A stretch of 64,000 nucleotides of DNA, from the NCBI RefSeq assembly GCF_020745735.1, contig NC_083409.1:17174619-17238618 (forward strand), in the 5' to 3' direction. Position 1 is the first letter of the stretch. Each line of letters opens with the position of its first letter. Positions 1 to 11,069 of the stretch are shown piece by piece. This DNA is from Hemiscyllium ocellatum (lineage: Eukaryota). The notes below the pieces were generated by a model. That model was not told the origin of the DNA, searched no databases, and was given only the letters and a program-made list of their open reading frames with translations. The translations under genes and the position numbers were made by a program.

Positions 1-337
1 TAAAGGTGAAAATTCCATTTGCCTTCTCAATTACTTGCTGTACCTGCACTAACTTTCAGTGTCCCATGCACAATACTACCCAGATCACTCTGTACTGCAC
101 TTTGTTGGAATCTCTCACTATTTAAATAATAGTCGGCCTTTAGATTATTCTGACCCAAGTTCATGGTCTCACACTTTCTGATATTAAATTCCATCCACTG
201 TGGATTAGTGTTTCATTTCCAGTTTGGTCTTCTCTTTGTGATTGACTGTCTCAATGCATCTGTCTGTAGCACGTCCCATTCCCATTTGTTTGTGAGCCTG
301 ACCCTTGATTGTCTGACCCTTTCCTGCTGGTTCCATT

Positions 338-3130
338 CAATGACAGGCAGGAGGCTGGAAGAACACAGCAAGTCAGGCAGCATCAGGCAGTGGAGAAGCT
401 GATGTTTCAGGTGGAACCCTTCTTCAGGAATGGGAGTGGGTGTAGGGGGAGCTGCAGATAAAGAGGTGGCGTGACAGGATGATGAAGTGGGGATAGGTGA
501 TGACAGGTGGAGGGTATGACCTGGTTGGTCAGTGGGAGGAATGAATCTGGTAGGTGTAAGGGAGGAGTGGAAGGGAGGGAGAGGTGCTGGGAAGGGGGTC
601 AGGGGATGGGAAGGGAGGTTATTTGAAATTGGAGAACTCAATGTTGAGTCATCTGGGCTGTATGCTGCCAGAAGGAAGATGAGATGTTGTTCCTCCAATA
701 TGTGGTTTGGTTCATTGTGGCAATGGAGGAGGCCAATGATGGTCATGTCAAAAATGGAGTGGGAAGGGGAATTAAAATGGGTGCTGACTGGTAGGACTGC
801 TCGGCCCCTGGGGGTCCGGCTGAGATGTTGGGTGAAATGTTCCTCAGTTTACGTTTGTTCTTCCCGATGTAGAGAAGACCACATGGGGAACACCTGATGC
901 AGTAAACTAGGTTGGAGGAGAAGCAGGTGAACCTTTGTCTCACCTGGAAGGAGTGTTTGGGGCCCTGGATGGAGGTGTGGGATTGCTGTACCAGCAGGTT
1001 TTGCATGTTTTCAGGTTGCAGGTGAAGGTACCAAGGGGTTTGGGATGGTTGCAGTGCGAGTGGCACAGATCAAGAATTATTGAAGGGAATGGTCCTTGTG
1101 GAAGGCAGCCAGGGGTGGGGAGAGGAAGATGTATTAGGTGGTGTGGTCTAGTTAGAGTTGATGGAAGTGTTTAAGAATGATGCATTGGATTCTGAGATTG
1201 GTGGGGTGATAGGTGACGACAATAGGGATTTTGCCTTTATTGTATTTAGAGGGGGGTGGGTTTAGAGCAGTGGAACAGGAAATAGACGTGGTGCAGTGGA
1301 TGGCAGAAGGAGGAAAAGCACATTGTCCGTAACAGTTGGACATCTGTGATCAGTGGAATATCTCCTCATCTGAGTAGATGGGTTGGAGGCAGTAGAATTG
1401 GGAGAATGAGATGGAGTTCTTACAGAATACTGGGTGCGAGGAGGTGTAGTCCAGTTAGATATGGGAATCTGTGGGTTTGTAGTCAATGTCTGTCTGTAGA
1501 TTATCACCAGAATTGGAAATGGAGAGGTCAAAAAAGGGGAGGGAGGTGTCCGAGATGGACCAAGGGAATTTGAGGACGGGGTGGAAGTTGTGAGCAAAGT
1601 CGATGAACTGCTCCAGTTCAGCCTGGGTGAAGTTCACTGCACTGATGCAGTCATTGATGTAATGGCGGAAGAGTTGGGGCACAGTGCCTGTGTAGATACC
1701 GAGGAGGGACTGGACAACATAGTCGATAAAGAAGCAGGCGTAGCTGGGGCCTATCTGGGTGCCCATGGCCACCCCCTGGATTTGGAGGAAATAGAAGGAG
1801 TTAAAGTAAATGTTGTTGAGGGTGAGGACTAGTTCAGCAAGGTGGAGGAGGGTATTGGTGGAGGGGGACTGGATAGGTCTGTTGCAGAGGAAAAGGTGGA
1901 GGGTCTGGAGGCCATCCTTATCGGGTATGGATATATATAAGGTCTGCACATCCATAGTGGAGATAAAGCGCTCAGGGCTGGGGATCTGGACGTTACTGAA
2001 GAGATGGAGGGTGTGGTTGGTGTAGCCGATGTAGGTGGGAAGTGCCTGAACCAAGGAGGAGAGTTGAGGTAGGATGAGAGGAGTTTGGTGGAGCAGGAGC
2101 ATGCTGGGACAATGGGTCAGCCGGGGGAGTTGGACTTGTGGATCTTGAGGAGCAGATAGAACTGGGCATTGTGGGGCTGGGGGACTATGAGATTGGAGGC
2201 AATGGAGGGGAGATCACTGGAGGCAATGGGGGCACTGATAGTGCGAGTGATTTTGGCCTGATGGGTCACCGCGGGGTCATGGGCAAGGGGGCAGTAGGGC
2301 ATGGTGTCGGAGAATTGGCGTTCGGTCTCTGTGACATTTAGGTCTGTTCTCCAGACTACCACCACCCCACCTTTGTCAGTGGGTTTGATAGTGAACCAGG
2401 GGTTGGTGCAGAGAGAATGGAGTCATCAATCAGAGGGGGGGGTGGTAGGAGAGGGTGATGGGGGTGGGGGGGAGGTGGAGAAATTGAGGCGGCTGATGTC
2501 ACGTCAGTTGTCAGCACTGAAGAGGTCGAGGATGTGTATACAACTGGTGGTGGGGGATGGGGGGCAGTGACCAAGTGGAGAAGGAAGGTTGGAGGTGGGA
2601 GGAGGGGTCCTCAGAGGGAGGTTGGGAGTTTTTGTTAAAGAAGAAGACACGGAGGTAGAGGCGGCGGAAGAAGAGCTCCACGTGGTGGTGGGTGTGGATT
2701 TCATTGAGGTGGGGTCGGGCGGGAATGACTGTGAGCCCTTTCCTGAGGATGGATCTTTTGGCCTCAGAGAGTTCGAGGTCGGGGGTGGGGGGAATAGCAA
2801 AAGTGGGGCAAGGCTCGGGGGTGAGGTTTTTGGGGAGGGCCCAAGGTGGCTGAAGGAGGGGGGGGAAGGGTGATGGCATATGGTGGGTGAGGGTTGATTG
2901 TGATGTAGCACGGGGAATGGGTGTGGGAGAGAAAGGAGATTGAGGCGGAGGTGGGTTGCGGAGTGAGGTGGGGGAGTGGGAAGATGGGGATGAGGTGAAG
3001 AGGGAGAAGTGGAGGGAGAGGGTGCAATGTGGGGGTGTATGGGTGAGGAGGGAGAGCGAGTGTGCTGGCTGGCTGAAGGTAGGCAGTTAGACTCAGAGTG
3101 ACTCTGGGAAATGTAGTCAGAGTCTTGGTT
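338..3130 (-). mobile_element. Decayed Penelope-like retroelement (RT + GIY-YIG endonuclease)
   Basis: Broken minus-strand ORFs: N-terminal 'LSEAKRSILRKGLTVIP..HHVELFFRRLYLR' (2511-2879), RT motifs 'STMDVQTLYISIP', 'QIQGVAMGTQIGPSYAC', 'FRHYIND' (1455-2102), GIY-YIG-type 'NLVYCIRCSPCGLLYIGKNKRKL' (743-1066). Boundaries approximate. Confidence 0.88.
397..431 (-). ncRNA. Degenerate minimal hammerhead ribozyme motif at the Penelope 3' terminus
   Basis: Minus strand: attc-CTGAAGA-a-gggttccacct-GAAAC-ATC-agct; core boxes recognisable, stems I and III disrupted. Confidence 0.45.
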
Positions 3131-3195
3131 ACAGAGTGGGAAGGGCCAGAGGTGGATGCAAAAGCTGGAGCGAAGTCAAGGCAGGTCCGAATGTT

Positions 3196-3499
3196 TTGAC
3201 CCGGGTTCGATTCCAGCCGCAGGCAACTGTCTGTGTGGAGTTTCACATTCTCCCCATGTCTGTGTTGATTTCCTCTGGATGTTCTGGTTTCCTCCCACAA
3301 TCTAAAGACGTGCAGGTTAGGTGAATTGGCTGTGCTCAATTGCCCATAGTGGTCAGGGATGTGTAGGTTAGGTTCATTAGTCAGGGGAAAAGTAGAGTAA
3401 TGGGATAGGGGATTGGGTCTTGGGTGGGTTACTCTTCCAAGGGTCAGTGTGGACTTGTTGGGCCAAATAACCTGTTTCCTCACAGGAGAGATTCTATGA
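3196..3499 (+). mobile_element. tRNA-derived SINE (HE1-like shark SINE) with CR1-like tail, 5'-truncated
   Basis: B-box-like GGGTTCGATTCC near 3203, then 'tgtgtggagtttcacattctcccc...ggtttcctcccacaatctaaagacgtgcaggttagg' and a tail ending 'gattctatga'. Family name from recollection of the consensus. Confidence 0.75.
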
Positions 3500-3709
3500 C
3501 AGTCCATTCCAGATTCCCACCACCCGCTGAGTTAAAATGTTCTTCAACAAATTATGAAACCTTTCAAACCATTCATTTTGTCTAGTGCCATTTAGCTCTT
3601 ATGATCCTTGTTCAATAAATGTTTTATTCTTTTATATATAATATGAGTTCCCTGACAGGGACAGTTAACCTTGTCCAATCAGAGAGTCCTGGCTGACAGA
3701 TGAAAAGGG

Positions 3710-4790
3710 GACTGTCAAACGGCAGTGCTCGGACCCAACGTAGTGCACCAGTTGGAGGATGCTCAGGTGTGCGGTAGGATCCCGTCCACGCTCACCCCAG
3801 CCTGGACGGAATTTCACATTGGCCCCAAGGTCCCATACTTCCCGTGGGAGCTTGTGTCCCACAACCAGAGCCGTCACTGGAATTTTAATTTTGTCCCTTT
3901 TTAGGATGTAAAAAGGCGGGCCCTGTATTGACTGCTGCTGCACACCGTCCACCTCTTCTCCCTCATCCACCGTCCTGACACGCCTTGGCATGCCCATGTG
4001 CCACACGGCGGTGGGGATCCCCAGTGGAAGGCTCTCTATGCAGGAGTCCTCTCCCTTTCTCTCGGGGATCTGGGGTGTTGCGCACAGCGGTCCCCTGCAA
4101 CCGCAGATTGCGGTGGTTCACGGACTCCCAGCACAACTGCTTGTTCTGTGGTGCTGTGGAGTCCGTGGAACATACATATATTGGGTGTGGGCGTTTGCAC
4201 TCCCTTTTTGATTTTCTTAAAAACCTCCTCCTCTGCTTTTGGTTGCACTTCAGTCCCACGCTCCTGATCTTTGGGCACCTGGTTAGGAGGAGGGAGAGCA
4301 AGTCTGAAGACCTCCTCGTGGGTCTGCTCCTGGGCCTGGCCAAACTGGCCATAAACAGGTCCAGGCAGCAAGCCATGGAGCGGGTCGCTAAGGCCGCCTG
4401 CCTGCCCCTCTTCCGTGGTTATGTTAAAGCCCGGGTGTCCTTGGAGAAGGAGCATGCGGTCTCCACCAACACCCTGGAGTTGTTCAGGGAGAGAGGGGCG
4501 CCGCAGGGAGTGGAGTGCATTATCTCCTTCTCCAACTCTATTTTGATTTAATCCCTGCCCTCCCCTTCACTGTTTGATCACACAGCATTGCCCTTTGATG
4601 CGAAGGGCACTGCTTGTCACAGGCCACTCGGGTGTTTCCTTTCTTCCTGGTGGTGGAAACTGAATAAAGATTCAGACACCTTGTTCTCTCACTGTCTCTC
4701 ACACCTGCACACACACAACATGGGTGCTGGGGAAAAAATAAGCACTACAGCAGTTAGGCCGTAGTGTGGGGGTAATAGAGAAATAAAATA
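3710..4790 (+). mobile_element. 3' fragment of a Tx1/L1-clade non-LTR retrotransposon
   Basis: ORF 3985-4551 has a zinc-knuckle C-terminal region (CLFCGAVESVEHTYIGCGRL) and 'LLLGLAKLAINRSR', typical of Tx1 ORF2 ends; AATAAA near 4663 and an A-rich end near 4780. Confidence 0.72.
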
Positions 4791-5630
4791 AACAGGAGTG
4801 TCAGAGGTTCTAAAAACAAGAAAATGGGACTGTCAGAAGGACTGATACTCTAGGACCTGATTCTGAATAACAACCTGCGAACCAACCCCCTCCTTCTGTC
4901 ATCCTCAAAAACCCCATGCTTACGCTTGATGCCCCTTCGATCCAGCTTGTGCTGCCTTTGGGAGAGGCTGACCTTCCCTCCCTACCTCACCCAGGAACAT
5001 GGTCATCATCCTAAAGGAGCACAGTCACGTTTTTAACCTGAGGGGCATCACAGCTGGGACAGGAGGAGAGAACTTGGCACCTTCATGGTGGTCATACCTG
5101 TCATTAATCCACTGCAACCTCTCTTGGGGCTGCAAGAATTCAACCTCCCTCCCACCCTGGAATGTAATATTGCTGCTTCTAATTTTGGGCTAATTGACAA
5201 CTGAAATACAACTATGGTGAGCCAGCATTGGCTGGGCAGGCAGCCACTACTGCTCTGAGCCTGTATCCAGAAAATCCCCTTGTAATTGGGCAGCACATTA
5301 GGGAGCACAGTGCCCACTGCCTCTGAAATCACTCCCTTACCGAGAATACACTCTCAGCTGCCATCTGAATTTACTATAAACTCTGTCCTGTGATCCTGCC
5401 CCTCCATCTACATGAGGAAGGAACAGCGCACCGAGTCCTTCTACTTCCAAATAAACCTGTTTGACTCAAACCTGGTATTGTGTGCTTTTTAACTTTGGCC
5501 ATCTGAATGAACTGCCTCTCAGACTGAATCAGCTGAGCTGATTCCTGATTTGAGAAGATTAAAGTCTAATCTTCAATCCCCAGCACAAAGCCCATTCTCA
5601 ATCCATCGCTCGGAGACACAGACCTCAGAG

Positions 5631-5966
5631 ACACCTACAGGCAGCACAGAGTAACACACTCGCACTGAGAGAAACACCTACAGGTTGCACTAAGTAACAC
5701 ACTCGCACTGAGAGAGACACCTACAGGCTGCACTAAGTAACACACTCGCACTGACAGAGACACCTACAGGCTGCACTAAGTAACACACTCGCACTGAGAG
5801 AGACACCTACAGGCTGCACTAAGTAACACACTCGCACTGACAGAGACACCTACAGGCTGCACTAAGTAACACACTCGCACTGACAGAGACACCTACAGGC
5901 AGCACTAAGTAACAGAGAGACACCTACAGGCTGCATAAAGTTAAACACTCACACTGTGAGAGACAC
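5631..5966. repeat. 43-bp minisatellite, about 7-8 units
   Basis: Unit ACACCTACAGGCTGCACTAAGTAACACACTCGCACTGA(G/C)AGAG starts at 5631, 5674, 5717, 5760, 5803, 5846 and 5889, followed by degenerate partial units. Confidence 0.95.
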
Positions 5967-6312
5967 AGCCGACAAAGTCTGTGAATGACTGAAGATTGTT
6001 TCAGGGGCTACCCAACATGCCACAGAGATTGCACAGTGCAATCCCATCAGCTGGGCCTGGAGGGAATGCGTCAGATTGTACTTATTGAGTCCTAACAACT
6101 TTCAGTTTCTGTTCTTTTTGGAATCTTGTAACCTGCATAAATTCCTGACCAAAGGAATTATGTGAAAATGATTAATGAATGATGATTGTAATTGATTGAC
6201 AAGCCAAGCAACCAATTATGACAATGACCTGCTGAAATGCAGCCAATCAACTGAGCGGCGGGAAAGGTCATCTATTTCCAAAGCACACAGAGACAGAGAC
6301 TGAATCTTCATC

Positions 6313-6318
6313 TTTACT
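6313..6318 (-). terminator. Variant polyadenylation signal (AGTAAA) of the orphan C exon
   Basis: Position-equivalent to AATAAA at 28750-28755; followed on the minus strand by a GT-rich element (gtctctgtctctgtgtgctttgg). Confidence 0.5.
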
Positions 6319-6781
6319 CCCTTTTTCAGAATCACATTGACAGAAAAAAAACTGCAATTAACAGCCCAGACAGAGAAAGCTGCTCAAATTCACAGCCACA
6401 ATTGAGTTTAAGGAAAACACTGTGGAGATTTGCTCAATAACATGAGAATTCTGTCCCTTTAAACAGTGACAAAACCTTAAATTGGAACTGACAGCTGAGC
6501 AGGAAGAAGATCTGGTTTAGTGAAGCAGAGACTTCTGAGGTTCACATTGTTTCGTACAGCTGACAGTCTTCAGCAAATTCAAGAGAATTTACTTGGCATA
6601 CAGTCAACACTTCCGCATCAAACACTCCCCGGACAAGGACAGCATGAACTTTGACATAGTGTAATGTCTCTCAAAACTGTCGCAGTGACCGACTTCAACA
6701 TCCAAACCTCAGACGTATCTCTGAGCCAGTCCTGACAAGGAAGGGAGTTGAAATTCAGTGCTAACAATGACCTTTGTCCTG

Positions 6782-7167
6782 TCAGCTCAGCTCTATTCTA
6801 AGTAAAGTTGTGTCTCCTCTGTGGACTGTCTCCAACACTTTACACACATTCTGATCTGCTGATGCTCTCTCTGAGGGAGACGGGAGGGTCACATGGGTGA
6901 GGGCACAGGACAAACGAGCGTCGGACTCCCAGTCAGACCCAGAGAGGGTCAGCAGGCTGCTGACACTGTAGGTGCTGTTCAAAGTTCGCAGGTAGTTGCT
7001 GGTCTGAACCCCGTCCGAAATGACTGCACCATCCTTCTTCCACTGCACCTCCAGCTCATCGGGATAGAAGTGATTGGCAAGGCACACCAGGGTGGCAGTG
7101 CCCTTGGCATTGACCTGCTCCAGGGAGGGGGGCAGCAGGGTCAGCTTGGGCTGAGAGTTCTCACGGC
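6782..7167 (-). pseudogene. IGKC: Ig kappa-type light-chain constant exon, frameshifted, with no associated V/J (probable pseudogene)
   Basis: Intact acceptor tcttgtccttcag|GC CGT GAG AAC; C1-set domain 'RENSQPKLTLLPPS..TATLVCLANHFYPDELEVQWKKDG..YSVSSLLTLSG..SCALTHVTLPSP'. A 1-nt loss near 6875 versus the intact copy replaces LSKSIRRSECV* with SERASADQNVCK..ELS* (stop 6782; ancestral TAA at 6840-6842). A sequencing error is not excluded. Confidence 0.85.
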
Positions 7168-9129
7168 CTGAAGGACAAGAGAAACAATTTTAATCCCTGC
7201 CAAACAAATGGATTTTGACTCTCAGTATATTCACTGGCAATACAATCTTATTGACCATTTATAGTCAATACAGAATAAACTCGACAAAAGAACAGGTATT
7301 GTTTAAATTGCTTCTTGGGATATGAGAGTCACTGCCAGGACCAGCATTTATTGCCCATCCCTAATTGCCCCGGAGAAGGTGATGGTGAAAGAGAAGGGAC
7401 AGTTTTAGACCATTGTTTGGGGAATAAATATGGGCAGCTGGAAGGACTATCAATGGGAGAGCATTTCAGTGACAGTGATCAGAACTCAGTGAGACTGAGA
7501 GTAGGGATGGAAATGGAGAACAATGGAGCAAGTGTAAAAGATTTCATTTGGGAATGTACTATTTTACTAAACTGTGCAGTGATTTAGCAAAAGTGGACTG
7601 AAACTGTGGATGGAATATCAGTGTCAGGGCAGTGCAAGGCCTCGAATGATGAGACAGAGATTGTTCAGAATCTGTTCCCACAATGAGTAAGGGTGGGACT
7701 CCCAAATCTAGACTCTCAGCCTGGGATGTCAAAAGGCAGCAGAGTAGGGAAGACCAAACAGTGATGGTGATGTTGGTTATCTGGAGATCAAACCTGCAGA
7801 AAGCTGAGAGGAGGATAGAAAATGCAGGGGTGACATTGAACAGGACCTGAGGAAAGCAAAGAGCTGACAGGATGAAGTATGTCCAACTGAATCAGGGAAA
7901 TCCCAATGAACAAGAGGATTGGGGGTCATGTACTGACATGGATTGGGAACTGGTTGGCAGACAGGACAGAAACAACAAGTCTTTTCCTGAATGGCAGGTA
8001 GTTACCAATTGTCATACTACAGGGGTCAGTCCTTGGTAACCCAGTTATTCATAATATACAATCATAGAATCATAGAGACCCAAAAGGCCCATCAGCCCAT
8101 TGTGTCCATACTGATCAAAAAATAACAACCCAATAATTCTCATCCATTCTTCCAGCATGAGGGAATTAGATGTGGTATGTGTTCAAGAAGGAATTAGATA
8201 TTGTTCTTAGGATTAAAGGGATCAAAGAATGTGGGGAGAAAGCAGGAACAGGGGATTGTGTTGGATGATCAGCCATGATCATATTGAATGGTGGAGCATT
8301 CGAGGTGTGTAAAATGATGAGGGCCCTGGACAGAGTGGGTAGGAAGGACTGATTTCCATCAGCAGAAAAGCAATAGCCATGGAGAGAGATTGAAATGAAT
8401 TGGGGCAGGGTTTGAGGGGAGTTGAGGAGTAACTGTTTCCACCCAGAGGCTGGTGAGAACTGGGACTTACTGACTGAAAGGGTGGGAGAGGCCAAAACCA
8501 TCATCACATTGAAAAAACACTTGGTCATTCACTTGAAACAGCGAAGCCTCCAGAGCTATGGAGCAAAAGCTGGAAAGTGGGATGGAGCTCAATACATCTT
8601 TAACAAACCTGCTATCACCCACAGATCAGGAGAACTTTATCCGAGAACATTGGAGCAGACTTGGATCCACACACTTCATTGGGTGTCCATGTGGAAGGTT
8701 CCAGATTACATTTCAAACCTTGCTGCACACGAATGGGCTGGAATCAAGGGTGAGGCTACAAAGAGTCTCACTGCCCCAGGGTCAGCCAAGGTCACTTCTC
8801 CTAATGACTCAATGACCCCTGGAAGGTGAGAGTACACGGACAATGGGTGATGGTCAGGATCAGGAAGCTCCAACCTTAAAGAAAGACTTGAATTTGTGTA
8901 GCACCTGTTCCCAACTCAGGATGCCCCAATGGCTCTTTCCAGCAGAGTGTGCACAGTAAGATCCCAAACACATTATGATAATTAGCAGGGAAATAGATTT
9001 TTATTGATTTTGATTGGGGTATAAGTATTGACCAGGGCACTGGGGGAACTGCCTGCTCTTCCTCCAATGGTGTCATGGAATGGCATCTTTCACAACTGAA
9101 GGATTCCCAGTTCATCCAAAAAAAAGTAT

Positions 9130-9810
9130 AGTTCCTTCAAAGTGGAGTTGCAGGTCGATAGTGTGGTGAAGAGGTTGTTCGGTGTACTTTCCTTTATTGG
9201 GCAGTGCATTGAGTATTGGAGTTGGGAGCTGTTGCGGCTGTACAGGACATTCGTTCGGGCACTTTGGGAATACTGTGTGCAATTCTGGTCTCCCTGCTAC
9301 AGGAATAATGTTGTAAATCTTAAAATGCTTCAGAAAAGATTTACAAAGATGTTGCCAGGGTCGGAGGGTTTGAGCTATCTGGAGAGGCTGAATAGGCTGA
9401 GGCTATTTTCCCTGCAACTTTGGAGGCTGAGGGGTGACAATATAATGGTTCATAAAATCTTGAGGGGCATAGATAGGGTGAATAGAGAAGATCTTTTCTC
9501 CAGAGTGGGGCAGTTGAAAACTAGAAGGCATAGGTTGAAGGTGACAGGGGAAAGATTTAAAAGGGACTTAAGGGCCAACCTTTTCATAAGGAGGGTGGTA
9601 CATGTATGGAATGAGCTGCCAGAGGAAGTGGTGGAGGCTGGTAGAATTACAGCATTTACAAGGCATCTGGATGGGTATATGAACAGGAAGAGTTCAGAGG
9701 GATATGGGCTAAATGCTGGCAAAGGGGACTAGATTAATTTAAGATATCTGGTCAGCATTGATGAGTTGGATTGAAGGGTTGGTTTCCGTGCTGTACAAAT
9801 CTCTGACTCC
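9130..9810 (+). mobile_element. CR1 LINE 3' remnant
   Basis: ORF 9142-9732 'LYRTFVRALWEYCVQFWSPCYR..RLRGDNIMVHKILRG..FIRRVVHVWNELPEEVV', the CR1 ORF2 C-terminus. Confidence 0.85.
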
Positions 9811-10089
9811 AACTGAAGTTCACTTGAACCCTTAACACCTCAGGCTCTCCCAAAGACATTTATTGACAGTTTTGTTTGAAAACCAGTCACTGTTACAATG
9901 TCGGGAAAGTGGCAGCCAGTTTCTACTCAGCAAGATCCCATAAAAAGCAATGAGATCAAAGACCACTGTTAATGATGATGGTTCAAAGATAAATATTGTC
10001 CTGAACTCAACCCAAAGACCCAACAATTGGGTTCAGTTGGATGGGAAATGAGGAAATGGAGTGGAAAGGAGCAGGTAGGTTGGTGGTTA

Positions 10090-10766
10090 GTGATGGGATT
10101 GATTGTTACCAGAAAATAAAAGGAAGGGGCAGAATTTTTGAATATCAAAGGAACCTTGAAAGTGCAGGGAAAATCAATAATAGAACAAACTCAAAGAGTT
10201 TTTATCTAAATGTGTGAACCATTCCGAATAAGGGAGACAAAGTGATGCCACAAATTGAGGTAAATTGAGTTCCCAAGGGATTTAAACTAGTTAAAGTGGA
10301 GGAGGGCTCATGAGAAGTTATTCAGGTTTCTAGAAGATGTAATAGGACCGAGAATATGGAAAGGATCAGGAGTTGAACATCGAACACAAGAGTTAAGAGG
10401 ACAATGATGAGAAGGAAGGCAATCAGTGCAGGACTGAGGGTGTTGGACTTAAATGCACACAGTATACACAATGGGCTTGTAGTACAGATTGAAACTGGCA
10501 GGTACGATGTTGTGGGTATCACAGGGACATGGCTGTAAGGGGATCCGGGCTGGGAACTAAATATCCAAGGTTACATGTCCTATCAAAAGGACAGGCAGAT
10601 GGGCAGAGGGGCAAGAGTTGCCTTGTTAGTAAGAAATGAAATTAAATCAATAGCAAGAAGTGATATAGAGTCAGAAGGTGTAGAATCTGGGTGAGTAGAG
10701 TTGAGGAACCTCAAGAGATAAAGAATCTGATTAAAGTTATGTCCAGGTCTCCAAGCAGTAATCAGG
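10090..10766 (+). mobile_element. CR1 LINE remnant (endonuclease region)
   Basis: APE-like segments 'tacttaaatgcac..gatgttgtgggtatcacagggacatggctg..aaggacaggcagatgggcagagggg' with stops; truncated at the duplication boundary. Confidence 0.7.
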
Positions 10767-11069
10767 ATCATGATCAGGAGGGGACAATGGGGAACACAAT
10801 AATCTGATGCAAATTCCCCATCAACGCTCATCCATCCCTTAGGCACAGCAAGATCACAAGCCAAGAAATTCAAATCAACTGTTTGGGAGCCAGAGCCACT
10901 GGGAACCCTATATTGATGAATATGACCAGCAGGACCTTGTTACTCAGAATAACAATTGCACAATAACAATTTGGGAAATAAATATTCCATAAATTAGACC
11001 TGGGTTTTCTTTACTCTTCAAATGAGATGGAATTGTCCCGTGTGTCCTTGGGGTCAGAATTGGCTGTGT

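Larger units (their letters stand above)
6277..10766. repeat. Older segmental duplication of the C exon and its flanks (paralogous to 28710-33790)
   Basis: Collinear similarity across the 3' UTR, C exon, acceptor and several shared CR1 remnants, with indels (about 0.8 kb present at 30550-31325 is absent near 8300). Similarity ends at 'ctccaagcagtaatcagg' (10766/33790). Confidence 0.9.

Noticed and set aside
5631-5966. Possible CRISPR array
   Set aside because: Pure tandem units without unique spacers, in vertebrate DNA.
6099-6110. ISRE/IRF-like ACTTTCAGTTTC downstream of the orphan C
   Set aside because: A single short motif, outside the duplicated block and absent from the intact C's flank.
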